Below are positions 21,566 through 33,589 of a DNA stretch of 64,000 bases, in pieces (position 1 is the stretch's first letter; each line of letters starts with the position of its first letter). The notes under the pieces were generated by a model. That model worked only from the letters and a program-made list of their open reading frames with translations. It had not been told where the DNA came from and did not search any database. The stretch covers positions 2,356,001 through 2,420,000 of the forward strand of contig JAMWBK010000001.1 of NCBI GenBank assembly GCA_029953675.1, given 5' to 3'. Both the position numbers and the translations under genes were made by a program. The DNA is from Rhodosorus marinus CCMP1338 (Eukaryota; Plantae; Rhodophyta).

Positions 21566-22069
21566 GGCCATCAACGATAGTAAAATCAGCATTTGTTTAA
21601 TTGGAGACATTTAAATAGCGTTCATACGCGAGAGTGTAAATCTTCATCAGAAACCCCCTGAACACGGTATTCGACCTAGAGCGGGATACAGCCACTCTAA
21701 AAGGTCTCCAATGAGACATATCGCGGGGATGAAACCCACTGACTCTATGTCAAAGGTAGTCCAAATCAGACGCAGCGATGAAACCCGACTATCTTAACCC
21801 AAACCCATAGAAACTCTGTTCTTCTATTCTATTCCCTTTTTTCGTCTCTCCGTTTTCTACCGCTACCCAGTGAACTCTAAGCCCTTCAGTTATCTAATAT
21901 CCTTGATACCTTCTGTGGGGAAGGTCTGCTTCTAGCGTCTGGGCAGATCTATTGTACCGTCCATGGTGATTGATAATATAGTGATTGATTCCATAGGGAT
22001 TGATAATATCGACGTTACTATCGGTACTATTGTCGTAGCGTGTTCTCGTGGATCTTCACACCGAGAAGG

Positions 22070-22150
22070 AAACTTAGACTGGTAAACGCGATCAGGGCGT
22101 TCGCGGAACAACACTCCCAAAGCCAACAAGAACCAACAAAATCCATAAGC
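22070..22150 (-). mobile_element. Degenerate family-A-like fragment
   Basis: FCWFLLALGVLFRERPDRVY matches A GSRWLRELFRERPDRL region. Confidence 0.65.
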
Positions 22151-22218
22151 AGTGCTGGTTTTACAAGCGTGGCCTGACGGTAGGTCACCTACTCGACGAA
22201 TGGTTAAGGTCACCTACT

Positions 22219-22465
22219 GAATGAATGGTTTAATCGGAGGCTGAAAAAAAAAAAAACCCCGAGGGGAAAAAAAGACTAAGCGCGGCGAAGTACTCGCGCC
22301 TCCAACATCAAAGCGGCATTCATGCGCCACAGCAGGAAACTTAAGCGGGTAAACAACGATTGAAGACGGTCAGGGCGTTCGCGGAACAACTCCCGAAGCC
22401 AGCGAGAACCAACAGAGTCCATGAACCCAAAGCACTCAATGATCAGGGGTACCAAGCGATGTGCT
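22219..22465 (-). mobile_element. Family A 247-bp 3' fragment
   Basis: TSD GGTCACCTACT at 22208-22218 and 22466-22476; a third copy at 22183-22193 flanks a 14-nt tail-only insert. Confidence 0.95.
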
Positions 22466-23336
22466 GGTCACCTACTAGGGCGCCGAAAAGGGAAATCCTC
22501 AGTAGTTATGCTTTTTTGACAAAAACCGTTTCGACCGTACTACCGATTTGCACGGTGTACTGTTGACACAACGCTTAACCGAAAAATTCTCGCCAAAAAA
22601 GTTCCCCGGTTCTAATTGTGGCAGGCCACGGACGGCCTCTTGGCGGCTGACGTAAAGAGGCTGATAAGGGATAGAGCTCAGGCGTTGAAACCTCATGCGG
22701 GCCCGTTTGCTTCCGAAGTTTGCTTACATAGCTTTGCTTTTGCTCTGTGCCTGTTGCTGTGCCACATCTTGGGGATAGCCGAAGATCCTCAGACCTGGTT
22801 CTGCGTCTGTCACATGTTTGAATAGCTAAAGATCCGCACGACTCGCTCTGTGTCTGTACTTTGCCACTCGTTCTAATAGCTACAGATCCGATTGTTGGTT
22901 AGGCTTTTTATAGAAACAATCCTCCCGAGCCCCTATCTTCTGACACAAATGTACTGTCGGACCACCTGTGTGGGAAACAACTCGAACCAAAACAGACTTC
23001 CCGGGTTCTAAAAGCGGGAGCTCAGGGACGGCTCGGGAGGGGGGCCGGTTGTGCTTATGAGACAGATGGAATACAGAATGGGGACGGCATCACCACCCTA
23101 AAAGCGCATAGAAGGTGTAATCCGTAGCAAAACCATCACCACCTCCAACAAGCCCTTTGTGACTCCGTCTTGAGGTGATGGTTTGAGCGACAGTGTTACA
23201 GAAAGCAGCTGCAAGGGGAGGTCTCGCAGATCGACTGCATGGCAAAGTTTTCTTAAAGCACGATATATGGGCCTCCGTGAATGAAGTGGGGGGTTCGCAG
23301 AGAGAGAAGAGTGTTCGTATGAGAGTTAGAGAAACC

Positions 23337-26300
23337 ATGTCAGTTGGACGAAGTTTGGTGGTATTGGTGTTGCCCTTGGTGGCATCTGCTGTTCTTGCTC
23401 AGTTGGAGCTCAATCTATCTTCTAGGGTGAAGGCGGAGACGTGTTCTGAGTACTTGTCTTCCATAGCAGAGGCGAGTTTGGGGGGCAATGGCGAAGTTTG
23501 CAGGACGCTTGTACGATTCAAGAAGTATACGGGATATGATCTCACCAACGTCCCTATGGAGTTCGGAACAGTATGCCTGAGACTGGAAGAAGCGACGAAC
23601 GTACTAGTGATGAAGTTCGATATTGGGGACTTGGGGGACGACTACGGTTTCAAGGAAGTCTCTTACGGAGTTTATAGCTCACCAGATGCGGTTCCATTGG
23701 AAACTTCCAAAGCCTACACGAGGAAACGGTTTGGAACCCTACAGACGACATATACAGTCAATTTGAGTCTGGATGGCGTAGCCGGCGACTGTTGTATGAA
23801 TGGAGTCACGGTCGTCTACAGAGCCTGGGTTCGCACCCATCTGAATATTCCGTTCCCATATAAGATGTCCGTTTACCCTCGCCCCATATCCTTCCCGGGC
23901 GGGGAATGCCAGAAGCTGGAAAAAGCATCCCCTGGAAGCGGATCGGTACGAGCATGTGACATGGACATCTATTGTCCGGAAAGTTGCTTACGAACAGAAT
24001 GTCCAGACGCCACAGACTTGGTGGGACCTATAACGTGCAGTCTCGTCAACGAGGTGGTCAACACCACTTGCTATACCTTCGGGGACATGGGGGTACGCGC
24101 TCCGGCAAAGTCGAACCATTGAACTAGAGCTTGCTCTCGCTTACTGCGCTTCGTGCCGCCCAGAACTTTTCTGACCAGTACTAGCCTTGTATATTTCGTA
24201 GACCTTCCAAAAGGGTGAGAGAATGACTTCTGAGTGTGTTTGCACACCGAACGAAACGCCTTCCCTATGCGTTTTCGATGAATGTGGATTTGAAGTTGAT
24301 CAACCGCGCTGCAATCGCGATTATTATCCTGGAGATGAATGCGGCGATCAGGGAACGGTTAAGCGCGTAATCGGAACAAGCACCGATGCATGCGTTTGTG
24401 AAAGGAAAACTGAAATCAAGTGTGACACCGATCAGCAATCCCTAGTGGCTGGAGCGGAGTGCACTAGTCGTTCTGGAGCCCCTGGGGTACGTCCTCACCT
24501 CGACGGAGGCGGTAGCATCATCATAGCCAGTGGAAGCTGATCACCAGCGAGTACCCTGCTCATCTGATAATCTTGATTCTTCTTCCTGTTCCTCGCGACA
24601 CAGATTGCAGTGCAACTGCCTGGTGGTGGCTACTATAGTACTATAGTCGTACGTGCACATGGCACAGCCAACACCGGATCTCCTATACGAAAGAACCGAC
24701 CCACGCAACAAAATTAACGATGCGCTTGTTTTTGCGGGCCTGGAACAGTGCGCATGTACGGCTCCGTGTGAATACAACGATGACATTCTCAACGATCCAT
24801 TCAACATAAAGCAAGGATATGCCGGTCAGAAATGCAACGCCCAAGTCGTGGGCCTTGACGCTAGCATTGCAGGGGTAAGCTTAACACCTCTCAAGTTCAT
24901 TGCCCTACAATGGGCTGGGCTGTGCCCTACAATTGGTGGTGGTTTTACTCAAGAAGAGTACGAAGCGTACTTCACCCTGCGCGTTCCATGCAATATTGGA
25001 CAATCGCTCGAGATGGCACCGCCATATGGTTTGGAGCTACCACACCGCTTGTTATCAGTCTATAGCGTGCTCTCATCCTCAATTGCAATCCTCAGGTGCT
25101 CATGGAGGACGGCTACGGCGCCTGCTATTGCGAACCGCTGATAAGAATCAATCGGAAGTGTACGTATGATAGTACCTCGACGTCGACCATGGTACCTTAT
25201 GACACGTTTTCAAGCACTAGTGGCACTGGAGTATGTTCCCAAACCCTGACAAACCACCAAGCACTCAAATCGGTTGGCAGCCGTGGTGTCTAGACCGCCA
25301 GCCTCTCTTTCCAGCAGCCGGTGGAGCTTACTCGCGTGAATTCTTTCGTCGACGAATGTTTTCAGATTGCTGTACCAGTCACAGAGGAAACATGCGAAAG
25401 ACAGTTAATATACTCTTGTCAGTGTCCCAAAGGAGCTACTTGCAGCTACGAGGGGGCTATGCCGGGCGACTCGTGCGGGAATGGCACTGGAGTGAGCACA
25501 GCACACGTTTGGAGAGCTTCCGCTTCTCTTTTAGGAGCGTAAAGCCACTGAACTCCTACGATAATTTACTCTGTCAACCCTCAACCGGTAGGTCGTACTT
25601 CAAGTTCCTGACTCGTTGGGATGCTATTGTTCCGTAACTGGTCCCGGACCTGGGAACTGCGCAGCCTCTGAGTGTAACCACCCCGACGCAGGTTGTACTC
25701 CACTGGGTGCGGAGTGCCTCAATCCAGATGACTATGGCGAAACCACAGTAAGATTTTGGTCCTCTAGTTAAGCAATATTCGCTTTGTGTATCTATCTAAC
25801 TCGATCTTCGAATTACCACAGTTGCTAAGACTACCTTCCAGTGGCGGGGGCGGTTGTGCCTGCTCAAATTCGGGCTTCACAGTCGTTACAAGCGGAGATG
25901 TGAGTTGCGGCTCTACTTCGTATGTGCCTGGATCATGCTATCAAGGGGTGGCGGATGGGGTGAGTCGGAATCCTTCACTGGTCAAGAAGGAAGTGCAACA
26001 ATTTGATGGATGAACTTTATAAGAAGAATTTTGCTTAAAGCGTCGTCATGTCAAAATTTCTTCGTGCACCGCAAAAGACTGTGCTCCCTGTTCGACCCTT
26101 CTCGTTGCGATATACTTGTCAGTTTGACGTCTGCACTCGCTCGAGCTGTGAGGGAGACACTTGCGAGCAATTCAAGGGCGTACAGGAAGAGTCCTGCGAT
26201 AATGGAAGCGGAGTAAGTCGGTACCGAACGTGAAAAGGCTTTCAAAATTTACTCAAAGATGGATTTTTCTCCACGTAGATGATTGGCGTCGACTCGAAAG

Positions 26301-26670
26301 GGAACTGCAGATGCTTCCAGGAATGCTCGAATTGGGACTGTTCCCAGGGACACTGTACTCCTACTACCGGGACAGTTGCTAGGATTGGAGACAAGTGCAC
26401 CGGGACTGACACGATTGGTGTACGCATGCCTCTGTCACTACTGGAGCTGAGCAAGTGCATCTCCCGCTAAGCCACCCACCTTTTGTCTTTACTCAATTTG
26501 CATAGGTTCTCCAGCCCGTCACCAGTGGTGATTCTTTCAACGGAGAATGTAAATGCGTCACGAAAGAATGCAACTACTCGTACTCGGAGAAACTTCCTTC
26601 AAATTCAGGTTTCAAGAGGAACACCAACGCCAACTACGGCGACGTCTGCCACGATAAGGCACAGTACGGC
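23337..26670 (+). CDS. Large multi-exon secreted Cys-rich protein (3' end unresolved, may extend to ~27000; may be partly degenerate)
   Basis: ATG 23337 starts a signal peptide (MSVGRSLVVLVLPLVASAVLA). In-frame phase-0 introns 24093-24201 and 25231-25314 were checked by eye. Further GTRNGY donors occur at 24487, 24875, 25492, ~25749, ~25961, ~26213, ~26420 and 26671. Exons carry repeated G(D/A)xC...G...CxC modules. Confidence 0.75.
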
Positions 26671-27129
26671 GTAAGCGAATCTCACACCCACACATTTGTC
26701 TTTTCTAGCGCTTGTACCACGCCGTTTTCGTCAAACAGGCTCTTAAGACCTCTAATTTCGCTACAATCAGGTTGTCGTCGCGAGGGAAGGGAGTCCCACA
26801 GCGTGCTTTTGTGAGCCTCCTACTGAGGAAAAATGCGTCGAGATACGACAATGCCGTAGCCCAGGCTTGTGCACCACATATTCTTCGAAAACTCTTGGAC
26901 AGAAATGTTCTGTATTCGGTGTTCTAGGAGTAAGTTCTTTGCCTTCAATCACGGCAGTAAACTCATGAGCCGCCGTATTTGATGTACTCACAAAAACTGG
27001 GTCCTTTTTCCACAGGTCTGGTCCTTATTGGAAGGCAGCAACGCATTCTGTTCTTGTAGTGCAAAATCCTGAGATTTCGGCCTCTAGGAGACGCAGCTAT
27101 AGACCACCTTAACTAAGGGCTCCCTGTAG

Positions 27130-27270
27130 ATCCAACTTCGTCGCACCGTGTGTGTGATCTTGCTGTTCCCACCTCTCGGGCTGGCGTCGTCTGTCGTCGG
27201 CGGAGGAGGACCGCCGAGCTGCTGCTGCTGGCACCATGCGCCGTCACAGAGCTGTGAAATACGCAGTAGG
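27130..27270 (+). mobile_element. Degenerate family-A-like RLE fragment
   Basis: DLAVPTSRA...RRAAAAGTMRRHRAVKYA matches A DLAVPNPQAS...AAASMRRRKEIKYA. Confidence 0.6.
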
Positions 27271-27368
27271 TTTTCTATAGCCCGCGAATTCGTGTTTCGG
27301 CTTTAGATCATCGCCTGGTGCCTTTGGTCATTTGATTGTTTCGGACTTTACTCTCCTTAGTAAAACTT

Positions 27369-28288
27369 GCTCCCTCACTGATGTGATTCAACATAGCCTC
27401 ACCTGGGGCCAACACAGTGCCGCTCACACAGTCATGCTCAATTCTCCTCTCACGCCGCCTACCACTGCCGCTCGTCTCCGCGGCATGGGAGGCCACCTCT
27501 CGCACTTGTGGTTAACCACTCTACCGTCGTCATTGAGTCATCGTCTCGATGCTTTCCAGTTCCGTTCTGCCGCACGGATCTATCTCGGTTTCCGTGGCAC
27601 TCTAATCGGCCGTCTTTCTGTCAGGGATGTGAGAGCCGGATTGACGCTTGTGGCTACCACTTCCTGGGTTCCTGCGGACTGTTGAGAGGTCTCCATACGA
27701 GGCGTCACACTCGCCTCAAGTACATCCTCAGCGAATTTTTGACTCGGATAGGGCATACGGTTGAGGTTGAGTCGGAACTGAGGTTGAGTCGGAACTGCCC
27801 AGTTCAATCTCGGACTCTGCACCGCCCCGTTGTATAGCCGATCTCCTTGTCTCCGACGCTGCTGCCAGACGCTCAACATATGTGGACCTTGCGATTACCT
27901 GCCCCGTGGCCAGCGCCCACCTCACCGCAGCCGCCCGCCGCCGGGGGGCCGCGGCTTCAGCCCTTCGAAGAGTTAAGGAACGACGGTATGCTGAGAGCAT
28001 GTCCAGTCTGCCTTGCGCTGAGGGTCGCTCTCACCGGTTCCAGCCATTCATTGTGGAAAGCTTTGGTCACGTGGATAAGTCGGGTTTAGAGTGGTAGCGG
28101 AAATGTTTTCTGAGCATCCTACTGACTATTTGGCGCTCTTGAGGCGTTTAAGTGTCTCCCTTTGGCGATATTCCATCCACATGCTTTCCGAGGCGCGCCA
28201 TCGGCGCCTGGGGTTGCATGCTTCCCTCCCTAGTTATTAGTTGTTCTTCATGCCTTGCGTAGCGCTTCAGGCTATGCTAGTAAAGTCC
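27369..28288 (+). mobile_element. Family B 5'-truncated copy with a 10-bp deletion and a 17-bp internal duplication
   Basis: Matches 43087-44002; gaggttgagtcggaact occurs twice at ~27763-27797; premature stop near 28095. Confidence 0.95.
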
Positions 28289-28554
28289 ATTTCAGTAGAG
28301 TTCATACTCTGGTGGTGGTCCCGCTTGCTTTGGTGAACCTTTACTTTGGTAGGGGAACCAGCTTGGTCTCCGGATATCGATGGTAAGTACCGGGGGCAGG
28401 CACATCGGCGCTGTATCCTTGGGTCTTTACTGGCATATGATACTATCAAATTATTTGGTCACTTCAGAGTAAATCTGGTTTTATTGGATTACAGGGTCAT
28501 AGTCCTGTACTATTCATCTTGGAGTGTTGCAAACGCGAAAGCCCCTATTTGCGC

Positions 28555-28854
28555 CTAACAAATGATTGGGTGGGCAAAAGCATTCTCACAGCACTTGAAG
28601 CACTTCATTGGGCACTTAAGTTCGACATCAGGATTTCCACAAGCGGCTGGGGGGAGTCCAGCACAGTCAGCCGACAGATCCCTGCATGGACAGTGATTGC
28701 AGTACGCATTACACCTCCTCGAGAACCACTCAAACTGATCGCAATACCATAGAGGTCGTTTAGCGCACCAGCGCACTTTATCCTTGCATACTGCGGCGTC
28801 AGAAACAGCTATAGCAGCAACCATCACAACTACAATCGCGCAAATAACCTTCAT
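28555..28854 (-). CDS. Small secreted protein with two ShKT-like domains (99 aa)
   Basis: Signal peptide MKVICAIVVVMVAAIAVSDA, then two 6-Cys units CKD....C.....C........C...C..C and CRD....C.......C.......C...C..C. Confidence 0.85.
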   Translation of the reverse strand: MKVICAIVVVMVAAIAVSDAAVCKDKVRWCAKRPLWYCDQFEWFSRRCNAYCNHCPCRDLSADCAGLPPAACGNPDVELKCPMKCFKCCENAFAHPIIC

Positions 28855-28967
28855 GTTTTGATCTTGTTTGTCAAACTTCCCACAACTCGCCAATTCTTAT
28901 TCTGTTCCACTATCCTTGGTGAACATGGGAAACCATTGTCCTGCACAGAGCTCAGGCGTGCATGTGT

Positions 28968-28974
28968 ATTTATA
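28968..28974 (-). promoter_or_regulatory. TATA box (TATAAAT) of the ShKT gene
   Basis: About 114 bp upstream of ATG 28854. Confidence 0.45.
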
Positions 28975-29959
28975 GCCATGAGAACTCTGTCAAGAGTCCC
29001 ATCAAACCGACACCACATGGGCGAGCATTTCAATAATGATGATGTTTAGAGTACGACCCTGGCTGACGTCCCGCCACACTACTCAACCCGGTGAGGGTCC
29101 CGAATCCACCTCCGGCATATGAATGTAGCCACTTTGACGTAAATACCTCAACTCTGGACGTCCTCAAGAAGTAACCCAAGCAGATCCAAAAGCGGCAAAC
29201 ACAATGCAAAGCAAACACGAATTCGTCTTTCGTTTTGCTCACTACGAACAAGAGCAGCCTCAACGCCATTCGCATCGAATCCACGCTCATATGACCTGAT
29301 GCAGCGCTCTCCGGTCAACCTATGCTCTCGCAATGGCTATCCGTTCACCCAACCCTCTCATCTAGGCGAACCGATTCCGGGCTTCGCCAAGTTGCGCATA
29401 CCTCAAACAATAGCAACTCCATGCTATCCTAAATCATTTACCTGATACTCTTACATCCCCAGGCAAGCCAGAACCGAGTTCCCCCAGCTCGGTTCTGCCT
29501 TGCCTATCTCCATCGCCGTCCATAATCAACGGGACGCTCACCTCCTCTAAAACCTAAAACCAACACCCACCAACCACCATCTGCATTACTCAATCCAATT
29601 CAGTCAATTAAACATTCAACAATGAATTTTAATACCAAAACCAACACTATCATTTATAAAGCATATAATAAATCATAAACAGTATAATATCATAATTCTT
29701 TCTAATATATTACTCGGAAGAGCATAATAATGATCGATTCTAATCTTTAAAAATGTTTTATATTATTTGCTTGAATACGTATTTTATATGGAAATATATA
29801 TATTGATAAAGTATAAGGAAATAAATCTGAATATTTTGATTTCTTATTAAATAGGATATCCTAGAATCTGATATTTTTGTAGAGTTTTAGTACTTTATGG
29901 GGGGGAAGTTCGTTTGCTTTAAAAATTAGTAAATTATGGTTCCAATGGGCTACCGGTTT

Positions 29960-30120
29960 GAGCTATGGCTTTACTGATGGTTTTACTGGTTTGTGCTTTT
30001 ACTGGCTTGGTTTTACTGGGCTTTACTAAGCATAGGCTGAAGCGCTACGCAGGGCGTAAAATTTAACTAGGAACTAGGGAGAAGATCATGCAATTCCAGG
30101 CAGCAATAGGGAACCTCAGC
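29960..30120 (-). mobile_element. Old B-like 3' end with a long degenerate tail array
   Basis: Minus strand: cgccctgcgtagcgcttcagcctatgctt followed by AGTAAAGCCC/AGTAAAACC/AGTAAAAGC variants. Confidence 0.8.
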
Positions 30121-30149
30121 TAGAATCCGGAGTTCTTTGTTACAGTCCA

Positions 30150-30617
30150 CGCATTGCGGAGCGCTTCTGGATCTGCTAGTAAAAACCGCGGCTCCCGACA
30201 GGGACTTAATTCGTGCCCAGCTCGCTCTACCGTTGCGCTTAGGGGGATTTGGTGTCGCAGATCGGGGGCTCATCTGCTCGCCTGCGGCGGTCGTCTCCTG
30301 CGCAACCGCGCTCCGTACCTTGGTGACTTTCCGGATACAAAGTGCCTGCCTTTTGGCTCGAGCACTGACTAGCGAGGACCCAGTGACCCTTTCGCCCCAG
30401 CTTTTGACGATCTATGATGGTCTACACCAGGCGTTCCGGAAGTGCAACGCCGTGCCGGACGAGAATCGATCCCGTTTTCGCTCCTGGCGGGAACTGCTAT
30501 GGGGACGAACTGAGGCGATTCATGACTCACCCATTGACAGAGTTCTTGCCGATGAGAGAGAAGCTAGCCCTGGGTCACCTGTTGCAGATTACCCAGGTCT
30601 GAGCCGATTGTGGAGTG
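30150..30617 (+). mobile_element. B-like internal fragment, inverted relative to the adjacent 3' end
   Basis: Diverged match to 42650-43090 (APDRDLIRAQLALPLRLGGFG...YPGLSRLWS). Confidence 0.85.
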
Positions 30618-31079
30618 TTCGATTCATTTAGGTGGATACGTAAATTTAGGAATTATTACTCTATATTTGATATTCTTGTCTTAATGATATTCGGAAATTT
30701 TCATTTATAGGATAGTACACCTGAAATATTTCTATTTTATGAGATGCTCTATAATGTAGAAGGTTTTTTTAGCCCTGTTTGATGTTTTTGTTCTCAACTG
30801 AAAAATGAACTTTAGCTCTCGGTGCGCTTGCGAATTAGATGTTGTTTAGGGGAGTCGCGCATGGTTAAGGATATGTCACATCGATTATTTCGGATGATTT
30901 ATCTGTCAAGGGATATTGCAGTTGAATGGATCTGTACCTCGATTAGCTGCATGGTTTCTTCTGGAAACTGAGAGTTGGTTTATCGATTCGGCAGAGCAGC
31001 TATCACCGAACCCATACCTGGTTTTTTTGTTGGCACGAAAAGCCTCGATTTCTGGCTCGTAAACCATTGATAGCGGCCT

Positions 31080-31250
31080 GCTCAACAAGTTGTGAGCCGT
31101 TGGTTTGATTTCTCAGCTTTTCAGAGTGTCCAAGAACTTGAAAAACAGACTTCATCCCCTTTCGCACTCACAGAAGTGCTGTTCCCCTGAAGGTATCGTG
31201 GATGGAGACAAATCACTTTCGCGTTCTGACGTTATTATCTGAGGTCAGCT
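31080..31250. repeat. Diverged dispersed duplicate of 33378-33545
   Basis: Shared tgtgagccgttg...ttctcag...caagaacttg...gacaaatcac..tcgcgttctgacgttat; both read MKxxxQVLxxSxKLRNQxNGSQLVE on the minus strand. Confidence 0.7.
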
Positions 31251-32194
31251 TGCGCTCTAGCCTCAAACCTGTCTGAGGCCGTTGCCTAAGTTGTGAAATA
31301 GATTTTTCTTTTTTCATGTTTCTATCGCCGGACAAGGAAGAGCTTTTCCTTCCCTATATGTCCTGCCCGTAAAGTTCCAATATACGAGTCATCACCGCTG
31401 CTTATCAAACTCGAAAGAGGAAAGTTTTGCGCCTCATAACCGCTGTTCTCGGTTCGTCTGCGCGCACGGAACCTTCGATGTCTTACGTCCGGGATCAGTA
31501 AGTCCCCCGATAGCTTCTACATGAGCCCTATTAGTCCTCACCAACCAATCGTCGACACAGATCGGCGGCCTGGATCAGAACCTCACATCATTTTTGGTGC
31601 AGGCCAGATTCAGATCCTTCCATCCTTTTTCTTCGGGATCAAACTCCTTACCGACAGGTATCCCGGAAGAAAAGTTTGAAAATTTAATAGTACATCTCTT
31701 TGCCTTAGTGAAGATCATAACCAAATCCACATACCATATCAACAGGTTGATGTACAAGCTAATCCGAAACCTTCCTCAAATCACCACGAATCCTCAGGAT
31801 TTCGAGAGGCACGAGGTCCCCTTCCTATATCTAATCTTCGAGATTTGAGCACAATCGGATTCCATTTGTAGCCATCGAGCGCTCCATTACGAACCTCACG
31901 GCCATCTGTACTCCCGAAGAAGTATGTGGTTCAGCACACATTCGAGGTTTTGAAACCAACCTCTGTGGTTCGACCCGCCCCAATACAGACTTTTGCGTTG
32001 TCCTTCGTTAGCTTGGCGCTGCGCCCTTTAGAGCCACATCCCCCTGGAAGTCCAAAATGAAGTGCGCGGCAAACAACATCTAGTGATGAGATCTTCAAGT
32101 CGCGAGAAATGCAGGGTCCCTGGCGAAGTAGCCAGGTTTCCCTCTCGATCTGCAACTGTCGGCATTTTCTGCTACCTTGATACTACTATAGCGT

Positions 32195-32887
32195 TTGCCA
32201 CAGGCTCCGTGGCACTCTAATCGGCCGTCTTTCTGTCAGGGATGTGAGAGCCGGATTGACGCTTGTGGCTACCACTTCCTGGGTTCCTGTGGACTGTTGC
32301 GAGGTCTCCGTACGAGGCGTCACACTCGCCTCAAGTACATCCTCAGCGAATTTTTGACTCGGATAGGGCATACGGTTGAGGTTGAGTCGGAACTGCCCAG
32401 ATCCATCTCGGACTCTGCACCGCCCCGTTGTATAGCCGATCTCCTCGTCTCCGACGCTGCTGCCAGACGCTCAACATATGTGGACCTTGCGATTACCTGC
32501 CCCGTGGCCAGCGCCCACCTCACCGCAGCCGCCCGCCGCCGGGGGGCCGCGGCTTCAGCCCTTCGAAGAGTTAAGGAACGACGGTATGCTGAGAGCATGG
32601 CCAGTCTGCCCTGCGCTGAGGGTCGCTCTCACCGGTTCCAGCCATTCATTGTGGAAAGTTTTGGTCACGTGGATAAGTCGGGTTTAGAGTGGTTGCGGAA
32701 ATGTTTTGCTGAGCATCCTACTGAATATTTGGCGCTCTTGAGGCGTTTAAGTGTCTCCCTTTGGCGATATTCCAGCGACATGCTTTCCGAGGCGCGCCAT
32801 CGGCGCCTGGGGTTGCATGCTTCCCTCCCTAGTTATTAGTTCATCTTCACGCCTTGCGTAGCGCTTCAGGCTATGCTAGTAAAGTCC
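32195..32887 (+). mobile_element. Family B 5'-truncated copy (693 bp)
   Basis: Matches 43310-44002; TSD ACTATAGCGT 32185-32194 versus ACTGTAGCGT 32888-32897 (1 mismatch). Confidence 0.95.
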
Positions 32888-33589
32888 ACTGTAGCGTAGT
32901 CCTCACCTAAACGCGTAAGTGCTCACCCGAGATAGGGTCCTTAGGCCAGTGTGTCTCATGACGAACAAAGGTGGCGAGTTGAATATCGACAGGTAGATTT
33001 CTTGGTGAAATATTTTGCACTAGTAGGAACTTATCGGCTAGCGTGATTGATAGTGAACCAATGCGTCGATGAAAACGAACTAACTCTATATTGGCACTTG
33101 AATCTGCGCTTCCCTCACAGACCGATCATTCATACGAACCGGGCGGAAAATGTCGCGGAATAAGCCCGGAATAAGTAGAGGCTTTTGACCAATTCTTTTT
33201 TCCTTTCCGATTTTGCAAGGCGACGCAAAAGCTCAAGTAAAACCTGGAGCAATTTGGTCAACTGTTTTTGACGGGACTTAGCCCATTTCCGACCGCATCA
33301 GTGGCCACGAACAAATCAGGACCGCCTCTTCCCTGAAAAAGTCCTTGGTTTCCGTCTGGGTAATCAATCAAGACGCCTGGCTCAACCAACTGTGAGCCGT
33401 TGCTTTGGTTTCTCAGTTTCTTAGACTGTGCAAGAACTTGCCCCAAATGTTTCATCCCCAGGCCTCACTCACACAAGTGTCGTTCGTTGAAGATATTGTG
33501 GATGCAGACAAATCACGTTCGCGTTCTGACGTTATGTTAAGTCATCGCGACTACTGTGAGGTCATCGCACGAAGAGACACACGCGCCTG

